The notes: generated from the sequence alone by a model not told the origin. Counted from the first letter of the stretch, positions 1 to 11,823 are shown. The stretch: 64,000 bases of DNA from Dehalococcoidia bacterium (GCA_963663235.2 CAXXNO010000011.1:64001-128000); one strand, 5' to 3'. Made by a program: numbers and translations.

Positions 1-258
1 GGTGTCCGATCCCGACGCCGCGGTCAGGGATCGCACGGCGACGAGCCGGCCGGCCGTGCCCTGGAGCCCCGCCTCTTCGCGCAGCTCGCGCACCGCACCG
101 TCGGCCAGCGACTCGCCGGCTTCCAAGCCGCCGTTGGGGATCACCCATCGGCCGCGCGCCCAGCCGTAGGCCATCCGCACCAGCAGCAGTCGGCCCTGCC
201 GCGCGACAACAGCGCCGACGCCGACTTGCCTGAGTCCCTCTCCGGCGGATGCGCTCAT
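1..258 (-). CDS. Nudix hydrolase (partial, runs off the window start)
   Basis: Manual translation from ATG at 258: MSASAGEGLRQVGVGAVVARQGRLLLVR...WVIPNGGLEAGESLADGAVRELREEAGL, containing the Nudix box G-x5-E-x7-RE-x2-EE-x-G. Confidence 0.85.
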   Translation of the reverse strand, partial: MSASAGEGLRQVGVGAVVARQGRLLLVRMAYGWARGRWVIPNGGLEAGESLADGAVRELREEAGLQGTAGRLVAVRSLTAASGSDT

Positions 259-273
259 TGATCGCGTGACGCC

Positions 274-636
274 CTAGGCCGTTCCCGCGTCATTGGCGGG
301 ATCGAAGTCGATGCACCAGATGGGGCGAGCGCGCAGGCGCTTCCAGTCGGCGGCTGTCATGGACTCGGGCTCCAGGTGATTGATCGCGGCGAAGTAGCGC
401 TCAAACTCTTTCCGGCGCCGGCCACTCCAGCCTTCCAGCGCGAGGTCCCGCTCGGTGAGGCCGGCCAAGGTGCAGCGACGGACCCCCGTCACCCGGATCC
501 GGCCGAGCGCGGGCGAATAGTACGACGTCTGCACCGCGTAGGTGCGGCCCGGGTGCACCCGCGGTCGTTTCAGGCGGACCGTCTGGCGCTTGTCGCCGCG
601 GAGGACGGCCGCAACGAACTCCTTCTTGAAGAGCAT
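274..636 (-). CDS. ASCH (PUA-like) domain protein
   Basis: MLFKKEFVAAVLRGDKRQTVR...GRIRVTGVRR..L..LTERDLALEG matches the ASCH GxKxxTxR pattern; start chosen at ATG 636. Confidence 0.75.
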   Translation of the reverse strand: MLFKKEFVAAVLRGDKRQTVRLKRPRVHPGRTYAVQTSYYSPALGRIRVTGVRRCTLAGLTERDLALEGWSGRRRKEFERYFAAINHLEPESMTAADWKRLRARPIWCIDFDPANDAGTA

Positions 637-873
637 GCGGCGAGGGTAGCGGACGGCCGCCGGTGAATCCGGCGGTTCACCCGGGAGATTCCAGGATAAC
701 CCCGACGCCTCCAGCGGGCGGCAGATCGGACAGTGGTTCCAACGAGCGCGCGTCGCCACGCGCTCTGGAAGAGAGTCGATGTTTGCCCTGCGAGCGCTGA
801 GTGCTGTGGCAAGCGGCCTGTTGTTGTTCGCGGCCGTTCTGCTGCCGGCGATCCTGATCCCGCTGCTGGCTGG

Positions 874-1389
874 CTAGCGCGCCGGGTCCGGCGAGGCCGT
901 CTGGAAGGCGCGAAAGGCCGGCTCGTCAAAGAGGACGAAGCGGAGCAGAGGCACACTCTCCTCTTTCCCGGACCGCTCTCGCGCGGCGCGCACCATGATG
1001 GTTGCGCATTCCTCTAGCGGGAATCCTCCCACCCCCGTGCCCAGCGCCGGGAACGCCACCGAGCGCAGCTTGAGCTTCTCAGCCTCCCGCAGTGCGCCTT
1101 CCGTGGCGCGCCGGATCGCGGAGCCGTCCGTCTTGAGGTCTTGCCCCATGACGGCGGCGTGGATCACGTGCTTCGCGGGGAGCGTGCCGCCGCCCGTGAC
1201 TACCGCCCGGCCGACTTTGATGGGCCCCTGGCGGATGGCGGCGTCCTCGATGCCGCGGCCGCCACGCCGCACGATCGCGCCGGCCACACCAGCCCCCATC
1301 CAGAGATGATCGTTGGCCGCGTTGACAATGGCGTCGACCGCTTGCTCCGTGATGTCGCCCTGCACAACCTCGATGCGAGTGTCCGTCAT
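874..1389 (-). CDS. Macro domain (ADP-ribose binding/hydrolase) protein
   Basis: GDIT..VDAIVNAAN..L.MGAGVAGAI; VIHA; FPALGTGVGG. Confidence 0.93.
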   Translation of the reverse strand: MTDTRIEVVQGDITEQAVDAIVNAANDHLWMGAGVAGAIVRRGGRGIEDAAIRQGPIKVGRAVVTGGGTLPAKHVIHAAVMGQDLKTDGSAIRRATEGALREAEKLKLRSVAFPALGTGVGGFPLEECATIMVRAARERSGKEESVPLLRFVLFDEPAFRAFQTASPDPAR

Positions 1390-1477
1390 AGCGCGGCGAT
1401 TGTTCCGTGTGGCCCGCGGGATGTCAACGACGCGGGAAAGCGTCTAGCCTGTATAGGAGTGGGCCAAGGGGGATGGC

Positions 1478-2653
1478 ATGGCGCACGCTCGGCGTGTGGC
1501 GGCGTCGGCTACGGCCGGGCCACCGCGCCCGCCTTCTCGTCGGCTGCGATTGCGACGGTCGGCCCTCTCGGCGATGGCGCTCGCCGGCGTCGCGCTGTCC
1601 GTGATCGCGGCGGCGTGCGACGGCGGTGCGATCACGGACAGCGCGACGCCCGATCCGGCCCTGACCGCGGCGCCGACGCCCGATCCGACGGTGACCGACG
1701 TGTCCGCTCGCGACACGGATCCTGTACTGGACGCGGATCTGGCTGCGGCGACGACCGGCGGAGAAGCGCGCGCCTTGCAGGGCACGGTTGGCGAAGACGC
1801 CATGCCGGAGGAGCCCTCGACCGCCTCGGCGGGCGACTCGTCGTCCGCCGGTCCGATGCCGGTGAGAGAGCGGATCACGATCCAGCGGCCGCTCTCGCTC
1901 TTGTCGCACGCCGCGGCTGAGTTCATCGCCACTCGCGCTGGGCGGGTGAGCGTCACCGTGATTGATTTGCAGGAGGGAGTCGCCTATTACCACCGGCCCG
2001 ACTTGCGCTTCGAGCTCGTCAGCGTGGGCAAGGTGCCGATCCTGATCACGCTCTTGGAGCGGGCGCAACTGGGCCGGCGAGAGCTGTACGCATGGGAAGC
2101 AGACCAGGCCCAGCTGATGATCGTCTCCAGCGATAACGATGCAACCACCATCGTCTGGAGCCGAGTCGGCCGCGACGTGGGCGTCGCGGGGATCCTGCGG
2201 CGCATCGGCCTCGGATCGCCGCAATTCGAGCTGGTGTGGGACTGGGGCGCCATGGAGGCCGGTGCGCTCGCTGTGGCGTTGCTATTCGCCGAGGTGGCGG
2301 ACGGGGAGATCCTCAGCGACGAGACGCAGGCCGCCTCGCTGGACCTGCTGCGCAAAATCGACGACGAGCACACGTGGGGCGTGACCGCCGGATTCGAGAC
2401 CGCGGCCGCAGGCGAGACGCTGGCGTTCAAGAACGGCTGGTACTGGTTCGAGGAGGCGGGCGCTTGGGCGGTCCACAGCGTGGGCGTCGTGCTGGATGCG
2501 GCGGGCGAGGCGCGCTATGTGGTGGCGGTGCTCAGCGACGGCCAGGCGACGCATCCCGATGGCATCGATACCATCGAGGGGATCGCCCGCGAGATCCATC
2601 AGGCTCTGTCGCCGGTCGCGGCGGCCCCAGCGCCACCTCATTTTTGGCGCTGA
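1478..2653 (+). CDS. Serine hydrolase, class A beta-lactamase-like lipoprotein
   Basis: Lipobox AAAC; SxxK (SVGK), SDN and KNG motifs; start uncertain. Confidence 0.75.
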   Translation: MAHARRVAASATAGPPRPPSRRLRLRRSALSAMALAGVALSVIAAACDGGAITDSATPDPALTAAPTPDPTVTDVSARDTDPVLDADLAAATTGGEARALQGTVGEDAMPEEPSTASAGDSSSAGPMPVRERITIQRPLSLLSHAAAEFIATRAGRVSVTVIDLQEGVAYYHRPDLRFELVSVGKVPILITLLERAQLGRRELYAWEADQAQLMIVSSDNDATTIVWSRVGRDVGVAGILRRIGLGSPQFELVWDWGAMEAGALAVALLFAEVADGEILSDETQAASLDLLRKIDDEHTWGVTAGFETAAAGETLAFKNGWYWFEEAGAWAVHSVGVVLDAAGEARYVVAVLSDGQATHPDGIDTIEGIAREIHQALSPVAAAPAPPHFWR

Positions 2654-2903
2654 GGTGTCGTCGGCCTGGTGACAGGATCTGGCGAGGGGTGGATGGTCAC
2701 ACCCCTCCCGTCGGCGGGCACGGGTGGGGGAGCGGAGGCTGCGGTGGGTCGGCACGCATGCGCGCGATGAGCGGCGTTCGCAGCGGCCCTAATCGCCGCG
2801 GCGAACGCCCTCGCGTGCGCCGGCGACGATCCCGGACCCGCATCCAGCGCCGCCGTTTCGCGTCCGCGTCCTCTGCCCGGGTGACGCCAAGCGTTCCGAC
2901 GAC

Positions 2904-3212
2904 CTAGAAGATCCCCAGCTCGAACTTGGCTTCGTCGCTGGCCATCTCACGCGGGTCCCAGGGCGGACTGAAGACGAGCTCCAGCTCGACCTCCTCGACC
3001 CCTTCGACGTTGCTCGCGGCCTCCTGGATCTGCGCTTGCAGCATGGGGCCGACGGGGCAGGCGGGCGAGGTCAGCGTGTACAGGATCTTGGCGGTCTTGC
3101 CGTCTTCCGCCAGGTCGACCTCGTAGATCAGGCCGAGGTCCACGATGTTGATCCCAATTTCGGGATCGAAGACGGTCTTGAGCACGCTTCGGACTTCTTC
3201 CGCCGTCGCCAT
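2904..3212 (-). CDS. sufT: Fe-S assembly factor SufT (DUF59)
   Basis: DPEIGINIVDLGLIY, TLTSPACP, PPW; last gene of the suf operon. Confidence 0.9.
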   Translation of the reverse strand: MATAEEVRSVLKTVFDPEIGINIVDLGLIYEVDLAEDGKTAKILYTLTSPACPVGPMLQAQIQEAASNVEGVEEVELELVFSPPWDPREMASDEAKFELGIF

Positions 3213-3223
3213 GGTGTGTCTCC

Positions 3224-3742
3224 CTATTGCTCCGCCGCTGGGACGGCGAGGCGCGTCTGGATGTCGCTATCGCGCTCCATCTCGCTGCCGGTGGCTTCGG
3301 CCAGCGCTTGCTCTAGCACTTTCCAGCCCAGCAGCGCGCACTTGATACGGACGGGGAAGCGGGCGACGCCATGCAGCGCCTCCAACTCGCCGATCTCGAC
3401 GGTGTCCGGGTCGAAGTCTTCGTGCGTGAGCATCTTCTGCACCGCAGCCGATAGCGCCCGCACCGCGTCGATCGAGCTGCCCGCGACCTCATCGGTCATC
3501 ATCGAGGCCGACGACTGGCTGATGGAGCAGCCGTGTCCGCGGAAGCGGATTGCCCCCACCTTACCGTCATCCAACCGGATCGCGACCTGTAGTTCGTCGC
3601 CGCAAGCGGGGTTCATGCCCTCGGCGACCACCGTGGCGTCGTCCAGCGGGCCCTGATTGCGCGGCTGACGGTAGTGGTCCAGGATCAGATCACGATAGAG
3701 ATCGTCGAGCTGGACGGGGTGCTCGCTCTCGCGACTCGCCAC
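3224..3742 (-). CDS. sufU: SUF sulfur-transfer protein SufU
   Basis: LYRDLILDHY, NPACGD, GCSISQSSAS, RIKCALL. Confidence 0.93.
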   Translation of the reverse strand: MASRESEHPVQLDDLYRDLILDHYRQPRNQGPLDDATVVAEGMNPACGDELQVAIRLDDGKVGAIRFRGHGCSISQSSASMMTDEVAGSSIDAVRALSAAVQKMLTHEDFDPDTVEIGELEALHGVARFPVRIKCALLGWKVLEQALAEATGSEMERDSDIQTRLAVPAAEQ

Positions 3743-4998
3743 TAGATCCCGCCGTTCCCCTGCCCGAAGATGCGCGCTGCTTCCTGCAGCGCGTCGATGA
3801 AGACATCCACCTCGTCGGGACGATTGTAGACGTAGAAGCTGACGCGGGCCGTGGCGGGGACGCCTAGGCGGCGCATCAGCGGCTGAGCGCAGTGATGTCC
3901 CGCCCGCAGCGCAACCCCCCGCCCATCCACGATGGTGCTGATGTCATGCGGGTGAATGTCCAGGTAGTTGAAGGAGACCACGCCGCCTCGCCCGCCCGGA
4001 TCGGTGGGACCGTAGATCGTCAGCCCTTCCATGGCGCTCATGCGGTCCAGGGCGTAGGCGGTGAGCTCAATCTCGTGCGCGCGGACGGCGTCTATCCCCA
4101 ATCCGTCGAGGTAGGAGAGCGCTGCCCCGAAGGCGATCACGTCCGCGATATTCGGCGTGCCCGCCTCGAACTTGTGCGGAACGGCGGCCCACGTCGATGT
4201 CTCGGGCGTCACCACGCTGATCATCTCCCCGCCGCCGAGAAACGGGTCCATCTCCTCCAGCAGATCGCGCCGGCCGTAGAGCACGCCGACGCCCGTCGGC
4301 CCCAGCATCTTGTGCGCGGAGAACGCGAGGAAGTCCGCCCCCAGCGCCTCCACGTCGACGGGGAGGTGCGGCACGCTCTGCGCGCCGTCCACCACCATGA
4401 TCGCGCCGGCGCCCTGCGCCAGTTCCGCCAGATCGGCGATGGGGTTGATCGTCCCCAGGACATTGGACATGTGCGTCACGGAGACGATTTTCGTCCGCGG
4501 GCCGATCAGATCCTTCGCTTGCGCCAGGCTGAGCCGGCCCTCGTCGTCCACGTCCAGAAAGCGCAACACGGCGCCACTGCGCTGCGCCAGGAGTTGCCAG
4601 GGCACCAGATTGGAGTGGTGCTCCATGCCCGTGAGCACAATCTCATCGCCGGCTTGAAGCCGTCGGCCCCAGCTGTACGCGATCAGGTTCAACGACTCCG
4701 TGGTGTTTCGCGTGAAGACGATGTTCCGCGGGTCTGGGGCATTGATCAGCGACGCGACCTGTGTGCGCACGGCCTCATAGGCGGTCGTGGCCTCCTCCGC
4801 CAGGGTGTGCAGCCCACGATGGATGTTGGCGTTCGTCGTCTCGTAGTAGTGGGTGAGCGCGTCGATCACGGCCTGCGGCTTTTGCGTGGTCGCGGCATTG
4901 TCCAGGTAGACGAGGGGATACCCATTCACCGTCCGGCCAAGGATCGGAAAGTCCGCGCGGACGAGATCGACGTCCAAGGTCGCGCTCCTGGCGATCAT
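3742..4998 (-). CDS. sufS: Cysteine desulfurase SufS
   Basis: YLDNAATTQKP, FSAHKMLGP, RAGHHCAQP; ATG 4998 overlaps the Rieske gene stop. Confidence 0.95.
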   Translation of the reverse strand: MIARSATLDVDLVRADFPILGRTVNGYPLVYLDNAATTQKPQAVIDALTHYYETTNANIHRGLHTLAEEATTAYEAVRTQVASLINAPDPRNIVFTRNTTESLNLIAYSWGRRLQAGDEIVLTGMEHHSNLVPWQLLAQRSGAVLRFLDVDDEGRLSLAQAKDLIGPRTKIVSVTHMSNVLGTINPIADLAELAQGAGAIMVVDGAQSVPHLPVDVEALGADFLAFSAHKMLGPTGVGVLYGRRDLLEEMDPFLGGGEMISVVTPETSTWAAVPHKFEAGTPNIADVIAFGAALSYLDGLGIDAVRAHEIELTAYALDRMSAMEGLTIYGPTDPGGRGGVVSFNYLDIHPHDISTIVDGRGVALRAGHHCAQPLMRRLGVPATARVSFYVYNRPDEVDVFIDALQEAARIFGQGNGGI

Positions 4999-5318
4999 CC
5001 CGCACCCTCCAGGTCGATTTGCACCTCGTCGCCCACCACGCGGGTGGGGTAGGCGCGGACGGGCTTCACGGCGGGGAGGGTCTTGGGCGTGCCGGTGCGG
5101 ACGTCGAAGAGAGCGCCGTGGCGTGGGCATTCGACCCGGTCATCCCGCAAGGTCCCCTCGCCCAGGGGGCCGTTGTCGTGTGTGCAGACGTTGTCGATGG
5201 CGTAGAACTCGTCGCCCGCCACGTGGCACAGAGCGATGCTGTGCCCGTCCACGTCGACGACGATCACTTCGTTCTCCGGGACATCGGACGCCTTGGCCAC
5301 GGGGACGTATTCACTCAC
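4995..5318 (-). CDS. Rieske [2Fe-2S] ferredoxin
   Basis: CTH...CPRHG Rieske ligands, inside the suf operon. Confidence 0.92.
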   Translation of the reverse strand: MSEYVPVAKASDVPENEVIVVDVDGHSIALCHVAGDEFYAIDNVCTHDNGPLGEGTLRDDRVECPRHGALFDVRTGTPKTLPAVKPVRAYPTRVVGDEVQIDLEGAG

Positions 5319-6649
5319 GCGCCCACTCCGTTGTGCAGCTTGGCGTTGATCAGCCCTTCAACCACCTCGCGGACGTGGGCATCTGGCAGACGCTCTACTG
5401 CGACTTGCAGGAATCCCTGCACCACCATGCGCTCGGCGATGTCCTTGGGGATGCCGCGCGCCTGGAGATAGAAGATGTGCTCGGCGTCCACTGGGCCCAC
5501 CGCCGCTGCGTGCGAGCACTTGACGTCATCGGCTTCGATCTCCAGGACGGGGATCGGGTTCGCGCTGGCACCCTCGCTGAGCAACAGGTTGCGCATGGTC
5601 TGGAATCCGCTCGTCTTCTGACCCTCCGGGAAAATCTTGATCACGCCGTACTGCACGGCGTTCGCCCGCTCGATGAGGGCGCCCTTGATGAGCAGGTCGC
5701 TGGCGCCGCCGACGCCCCGGTGGTTTTGATGGGTGTTGTACTCCACGTGCTGGCTGTCGCCGCCGACGAACAGCCCGACCAAGTCGGCCTTGCTGCCGTC
5801 GCCGTCCAGGTCCACCTCGATGCGCTCCCGATTGAATGTCGCCCCGAACACGGTGGACGCGATAAGCACCCGCGAGTCCCGATCCAGTCGGGCCCGGGTG
5901 GTCACGAACGCGTTCACGTCCGCCCCCCAGCGCTGCAACTCGACGAGCCGCACGTGCGCGGCGCTCTCCGCGATGATCTCCACCGTGCGGTGGCTGAGTG
6001 ACGGCGTCGGGGCGTCGTCGGACATCGCCGCCTCCACCAGCGTCAGCGCGCTTCCGTTCTTGGCCACGATGAGCGTATGACCGAACAGCCCTTGGCCTGC
6101 GCCCGTTTTGCCCACGAGGTGGAACAGGGCCGGCGTGACGTCGGTGTCTGGCGGCACGTAGCAGAACAGGCCCTGCGTCCAGAGCGCGCCGCTGAGTGCG
6201 GTGAAACGGTCTTCGTCCAGGGCGACCACGGAGTTGAGATGCGGCCGGACGAGCGCTTCGTGCTCTCGGGCCGCCTGCGAGAGAGGGAGCAGGAGCACGC
6301 CTTGATCGGCCGTGGCGTCCGCGATCTCCTGATCCCTGACGGCGCCGTCCACGTGCACAATGAGCCCGGCCCGCTCTTCGGCGGCGGCGGCCAGCAGGGC
6401 CGGCGCCGGCGCGGCGCCATTCGCGTCCATCAGCAGGCGGTAGCTCTCCAGCGGCACCTCCGCCAAGGGCGTGCGCCGCCACTCCTCCTCTTCACCGCTC
6501 GGCCAGTCGAGCGCGTCGTAGGCGGTGAGCGCGCGAAGCCGGTGCTCCAGGAGCCAGCGCGGCTCGTCCAAGGCCAACGAGACGGCCTCGACCAACTCGC
6601 GCGTCGGCGCGCCGGTCAAGGGCTCATCCAGCACGGCGGCGTTTGTCAC
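5315..6649 (-). CDS. sufD: Fe-S assembly protein SufD
   Basis: EEWRRT, PVLEIEADDVKCSHAA, FYLQARG. Confidence 0.93.
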   Translation of the reverse strand: MTNAAVLDEPLTGAPTRELVEAVSLALDEPRWLLEHRLRALTAYDALDWPSGEEEEWRRTPLAEVPLESYRLLMDANGAAPAPALLAAAAEERAGLIVHVDGAVRDQEIADATADQGVLLLPLSQAAREHEALVRPHLNSVVALDEDRFTALSGALWTQGLFCYVPPDTDVTPALFHLVGKTGAGQGLFGHTLIVAKNGSALTLVEAAMSDDAPTPSLSHRTVEIIAESAAHVRLVELQRWGADVNAFVTTRARLDRDSRVLIASTVFGATFNRERIEVDLDGDGSKADLVGLFVGGDSQHVEYNTHQNHRGVGGASDLLIKGALIERANAVQYGVIKIFPEGQKTSGFQTMRNLLLSEGASANPIPVLEIEADDVKCSHAAAVGPVDAEHIFYLQARGIPKDIAERMVVQGFLQVAVERLPDAHVREVVEGLINAKLHNGVGA

Positions 6650-6749
6650 TCAACGGTCCTTCGTTCGTCGGGCCGGCCGGACGCGTGGGATGGTCCATCC
6701 GCACGCGCCGGCGCCGGGCGCCGGGCGCCGGTGAGGCTCGCTGCCGGCT

Positions 6750-8158
<1,409 letters not shown>

Positions 8159-8162
<4 letters not shown>

Positions 8163-8932
8163 GAGATCAGGGTTCCTTCCGCTGCCTGTACTTCTTCGAT
8201 GATGGGGTCATAGCCCTCGGCCTCCAGCCGTTCGGCGAGGTCGGGACCGCCGGACTTGATGATACGGCCGTCCACCAGCACGTGCACGAAGTCTGGGGTG
8301 ACGTAGTTCAGCATGCGCTGATAGTGGGTGATCAGGATGATGCCATTGCTCGGCGTGTGGAAGGCGTTAATCCCCTCGGCCACGATGCGCAGCGCGTCGA
8401 TGTCCAGGCCGGAGTCGGTCTCGTCCATGATCGCCAGTTCCGGCTTCAAGAGGCCGAGCTGGAGGATCTCCGCACGCTTCTTCTCCCCGCCGGAGAACCC
8501 GTCGTTGACGTAGCGACGAACGAACTGCTCGTCCATGTGCAGGCTCTCTAGGACCGCTTGGAGCTGCTGGCGGAACTCCCGGACGGGGATCGTGGCGCCA
8601 CGGCGGGCGCTCACCGCCCGCCGCAGGAAGTTGATCATGGAGACGCCGGGGACGTCCGTGGGGTACTGGAAGGCCAGGAACATGCCGGCGCGCGCCCGCT
8701 TGTCCGGGCTCCAGGCCAGCGCGTCCTTCCCCTGGTAGCGCACGCGCCCACCGGTCACGGTGTAGCGCGGGTGGCCCATCAGCGTGTTGGCCAGCGTGGT
8801 CTTGCCGGAGCCGTTGGGCCCCATGATGGCGTGCACCTCACCGGCGTTCACTGTCAGCGATACACCGTTCAGGATCGGCTTTTTGCCGACGCTGACGCGC
8901 AGCTCCTCGATCACAAACAGCGGAGCGGTCAT
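8159..8932 (-). CDS. sufC: Fe-S assembly ATPase SufC
   Basis: [26 protein letters not shown]. Confidence 0.96.
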
Positions 8933-9579
8933 CAGGGGTGTCCCTTTTCCTTCGATGGTGATGGCACCCCCTCTGTCACCAGGTATTCGCAGCTGTCGTC
9001 GCCGCGGGCCAGGCTGCCGATCAGCTTCACGTTGGCGCCCACAAGATCTTCGATGGCGAGCCGGTCCGACTCGCAGACGCAATCACTGGCCTCAGCGGCT
9101 TCGCGGTAGGGGCAGGCGTGGTTCTGGAGGCGATAGCCGTGCTCCGTTCGTTCCCAGCTGTCGAGGATTCCCTCGCCGTGCAGCGCATCAACGGTCGCGC
9201 TCACCCGCTGTTCCAGCGGGCCGCCTTCGGTCACGGCGGCGCGATGGTCCGCCGCGACGCGCCGCGCCACGCCGGCGGCGATCGCCTGGAGGTCGGCGCT
9301 TCCGTGCTGGATTTCGCCCAGCAGGCGCGCTACGAGTCCCGACGAGTGATCCCGCTGACGCCGGACGCCGGCGGGCGTGGCCTGGTAGACCTGGTAGGGT
9401 CGGCCGGTCGCCTGGCGGACCGGCTCACGGGTCTCCGCCAGCCCTTCCGCGGCCAGGCGGTCCAGGTGGCGCCGCACCGTCGCGTCGGCCAAGCCGACCG
9501 CGGCGGAGAGTTCGCTGACGGAGGCGCCCCCCTTCTCGACAATGTGAGCCAGGATGGCGGTACGGGTGTTGGCGGTCAT
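8932..9579 (-). CDS. sufR: SufR-type HTH Fe-S sensing regulator
   Basis: N-terminal wHTH (VRRHL..L, GRP...Y) and C-terminal cysteines (HACPY...VC...DSCEY); first gene of the suf operon. Confidence 0.8.
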   Translation of the reverse strand: MTANTRTAILAHIVEKGGASVSELSAAVGLADATVRRHLDRLAAEGLAETREPVRQATGRPYQVYQATPAGVRRQRDHSSGLVARLLGEIQHGSADLQAIAAGVARRVAADHRAAVTEGGPLEQRVSATVDALHGEGILDSWERTEHGYRLQNHACPYREAAEASDCVCESDRLAIEDLVGANVKLIGSLARGDDSCEYLVTEGVPSPSKEKGHP

Positions 9580-9622
9580 CGTCTGTCTCCACGCCCTTTC
9601 GCCCGGACGGCGCTTCACCGCC

Positions 9623-9667
9623 AGTATGCCGCCAACCCGTGCTTTTCGTCAAATATTGCGGAAAAGC
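9623..9667 (-). promoter_or_regulatory. suf promoter with overlapping palindromic operator
   Basis: Minus strand TTGACG (9652-9647), 18 bp, CATACT (9628-9623); palindrome GCTTTTC-nn-CAA-nnn-TTG-nn-GAAAAGC at 9641-9667 covers the -35. Confidence 0.6.
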
Positions 9668-9730
9668 ATAGTATGCCCGGACGCAACGACGGACGAGCAG
9701 CGGAGAGCGAGGCCGTTCCGGAGGAGGCGG

Positions 9731-10531
9731 CTAGGCCCCGCGATCGAGGCTGATGGTCAGCCCGTCACGGGCGATGTCCAGCGGCCCCTTGAAGAGGGCG
9801 TTTGCCTCCTCCTCGACGGCCTGGAGGTCGCTGTCGTACCAGAAATGCGTCAGGAGGAGCCGTTTGGCATGCGCGTTGCGCGCCATCGTCGCCGCCTCAG
9901 AGGGCGTGCAGTGGCCGGGCCGTGGGCCACCCTCCGGCTCCCGGAGGGTGGCCTCGCAGATGAAGAGGTCCGCTTCGTTCGCCAGCCTCGTCACCGCCGC
10001 CGACGGCCCGGTGTCGCCGGAATACACGACGCTCGCGCTGCCATCGATGCGCACGGCGTAGGCGAGGATGTAGTGGCGGGCCGCCGCGAAACGGACCGTC
10101 AGCGGGCCGAGAGTCAGGCTACGGTCCGGGTCGTATTCCCGGAGGCGGAAGGTATTGCTGAGGAAGTCGGACGGAAACGACACGGCGTCCAGGATGTCGG
10201 CGAGTCGCTCGACGCCGCCGGGCGGGAGATGGAGCGTGACCCGACGCTCACGCGGGCCAGCAAGCCGGCGGCTCACGCGGAAGCGCAGCGGCAAGACATC
10301 GACGAAGTGGTCGGGATGCATGTGGCTGATGAAGACATGATCAAGGTGAAACGCGGGTTGCGCTTCCTGCAGGGTGGGCACGACGCCGGGGCCGCAATCC
10401 AGGAGGATCGCTTGGCCTTGGTCCTCGACGAGAAACCCGGAACTGTTCTGTCCGGCCGGGGGACAGGCGGCCCCGCTGCCGAGGACGGTGACGCGCATGG
10501 GACTGGACTGCGTTGGGGACGGGTCGGTCAT
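9731..10531 (-). CDS. MBL-fold metallo-hydrolase (RNase Z-like / YhfI family)
   Basis: VLGS, LDCG, SHMHPDH, YSGDT, CEAT, LTH motifs. Confidence 0.88.
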   Translation of the reverse strand: MTDPSPTQSSPMRVTVLGSGAACPPAGQNSSGFLVEDQGQAILLDCGPGVVPTLQEAQPAFHLDHVFISHMHPDHFVDVLPLRFRVSRRLAGPRERRVTLHLPPGGVERLADILDAVSFPSDFLSNTFRLREYDPDRSLTLGPLTVRFAAARHYILAYAVRIDGSASVVYSGDTGPSAAVTRLANEADLFICEATLREPEGGPRPGHCTPSEAATMARNAHAKRLLLTHFWYDSDLQAVEEEANALFKGPLDIARDGLTISLDRGA

Positions 10532-10788
10532 GTGATATCGAGCGTCCAGGGGCGGAGTGTAGGCAGCGCTCGATCGGGGCGTCTATCAAACTCGGCACAT
10601 CGAGCGGGTCCGGCGGTGCGGCCGGCCGGGGCCAAACCGTGGCACAATCAGCGCCGATGAGCGTGACCTTCCACGATCTCCGCGCGGCACGAGCGGCCAG
10701 CGGTGGGCGGGCGCTGAAGAGCGCGCGACCGACGATCCGCATCGTTGAGGTGCAGGCGGCGGCGGGATCCGTCGCTGGCGAGATCTTG

Positions 10789-11091
10789 ATGAGCGGTCCG
10801 CCCCGGGCGCGCACGGAGATCGGCACAGAGGAGGCCACGGAGGTCCGGCCCGTCACTCTGCCGCCGTACCGCCTCGTCCTCCACAACGACGAGGTCAACA
10901 CGATGGACTACGTGGTGCATTCGTTGCTGGTCTGCGTGCCCGAGCTCGACACGGAGGGGGCTACGGCCGTCATGCTGGAGGCGCATCACGCTGGCAAGGC
11001 GCTGGTAATCGTCTGTCCGCTGGAGCGCTGCGAGCTGTACCGCGACCGGCTCAAGCGTCGCGGCCTGACGGCGACTGTGGAGCGCGCCTGA
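10789..11091 (+). CDS. clpS: Clp protease adaptor ClpS
   Basis: PPYRLVLHNDEVNTMDYVV...MLEAH..GKA.V; start uncertain. Confidence 0.88.
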   Translation: MSGPPRARTEIGTEEATEVRPVTLPPYRLVLHNDEVNTMDYVVHSLLVCVPELDTEGATAVMLEAHHAGKALVIVCPLERCELYRDRLKRRGLTATVERA

Positions 11092-11127
11092 ACCGAACGA
11101 CAACGGGCTGCGTGGTAGAATGACCCG

Positions 11128-11823
11128 GTGATGGTAGCGATCACGCCGACGACAGAGGACTACCTGCAAGCGATCGAGGCGCTGATCTCCGAGGGGCAGC
11201 CGGTGATCGGCGCCCGTCTGGCGGAACGACTGAAGGTCACGCCGGCATCCGTGTCGCAGACGATCGACCGGATGGCGCGCCTCAACCTGGTCGAGTTCGG
11301 GCCGGGACATCGCATCAACCTCACGGAGAGCGGGCGCAAGGCCGCGGATTCCATCGTGCGCCGCCACCGTCTCACCGAGCGCTTCCTGACCGACGTGCTC
11401 AAGCTGGGGTGGGTGGAGGCCCACGAGGAGGCGCACCGCTTGGAGCACGGCATCAGCGATCTCGTGGAAGGCCGGATCTCCGAACTGCTGGGGCATCCCC
11501 AGACCTGCCCCCACGGCGGTCCCATCCCGGGGAACTTCCCTGAGGGGGGCGACAGTGATTGGGCTCCCATCGGTTCACTGAAGGTCGGCGCCACGGCCAG
11601 GATCACGCGCATCGCCGACGTGATCGAAGACGACACGGACCTCCTGCGCTACTGCGACGAGAAGGACCTGCGTCCCGGCATGGCCGTGCGTGTGGCGGAG
11701 CAGGGGCCGGAGGGTGTCTTGTTAGTCGACGTGGAGGGGCAGACCGTCGCCTTGAGTGGGCAGTTGACTCGACACATCCTCTGCCGACCGGATGGTGCGC
11801 TCTCCGCCGCGTCCCACGCGTGA
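11128..11823 (+). CDS. DtxR/IdeR/MntR family metal-dependent regulator
   Basis: EDYL, RRHRLTERFL, EAHRLEH, CPHG.PIP, C-terminal FeoA/SH3-like domain. Confidence 0.92.
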   Translation: MMVAITPTTEDYLQAIEALISEGQPVIGARLAERLKVTPASVSQTIDRMARLNLVEFGPGHRINLTESGRKAADSIVRRHRLTERFLTDVLKLGWVEAHEEAHRLEHGISDLVEGRISELLGHPQTCPHGGPIPGNFPEGGDSDWAPIGSLKVGATARITRIADVIEDDTDLLRYCDEKDLRPGMAVRVAEQGPEGVLLVDVEGQTVALSGQLTRHILCRPDGALSAASHA

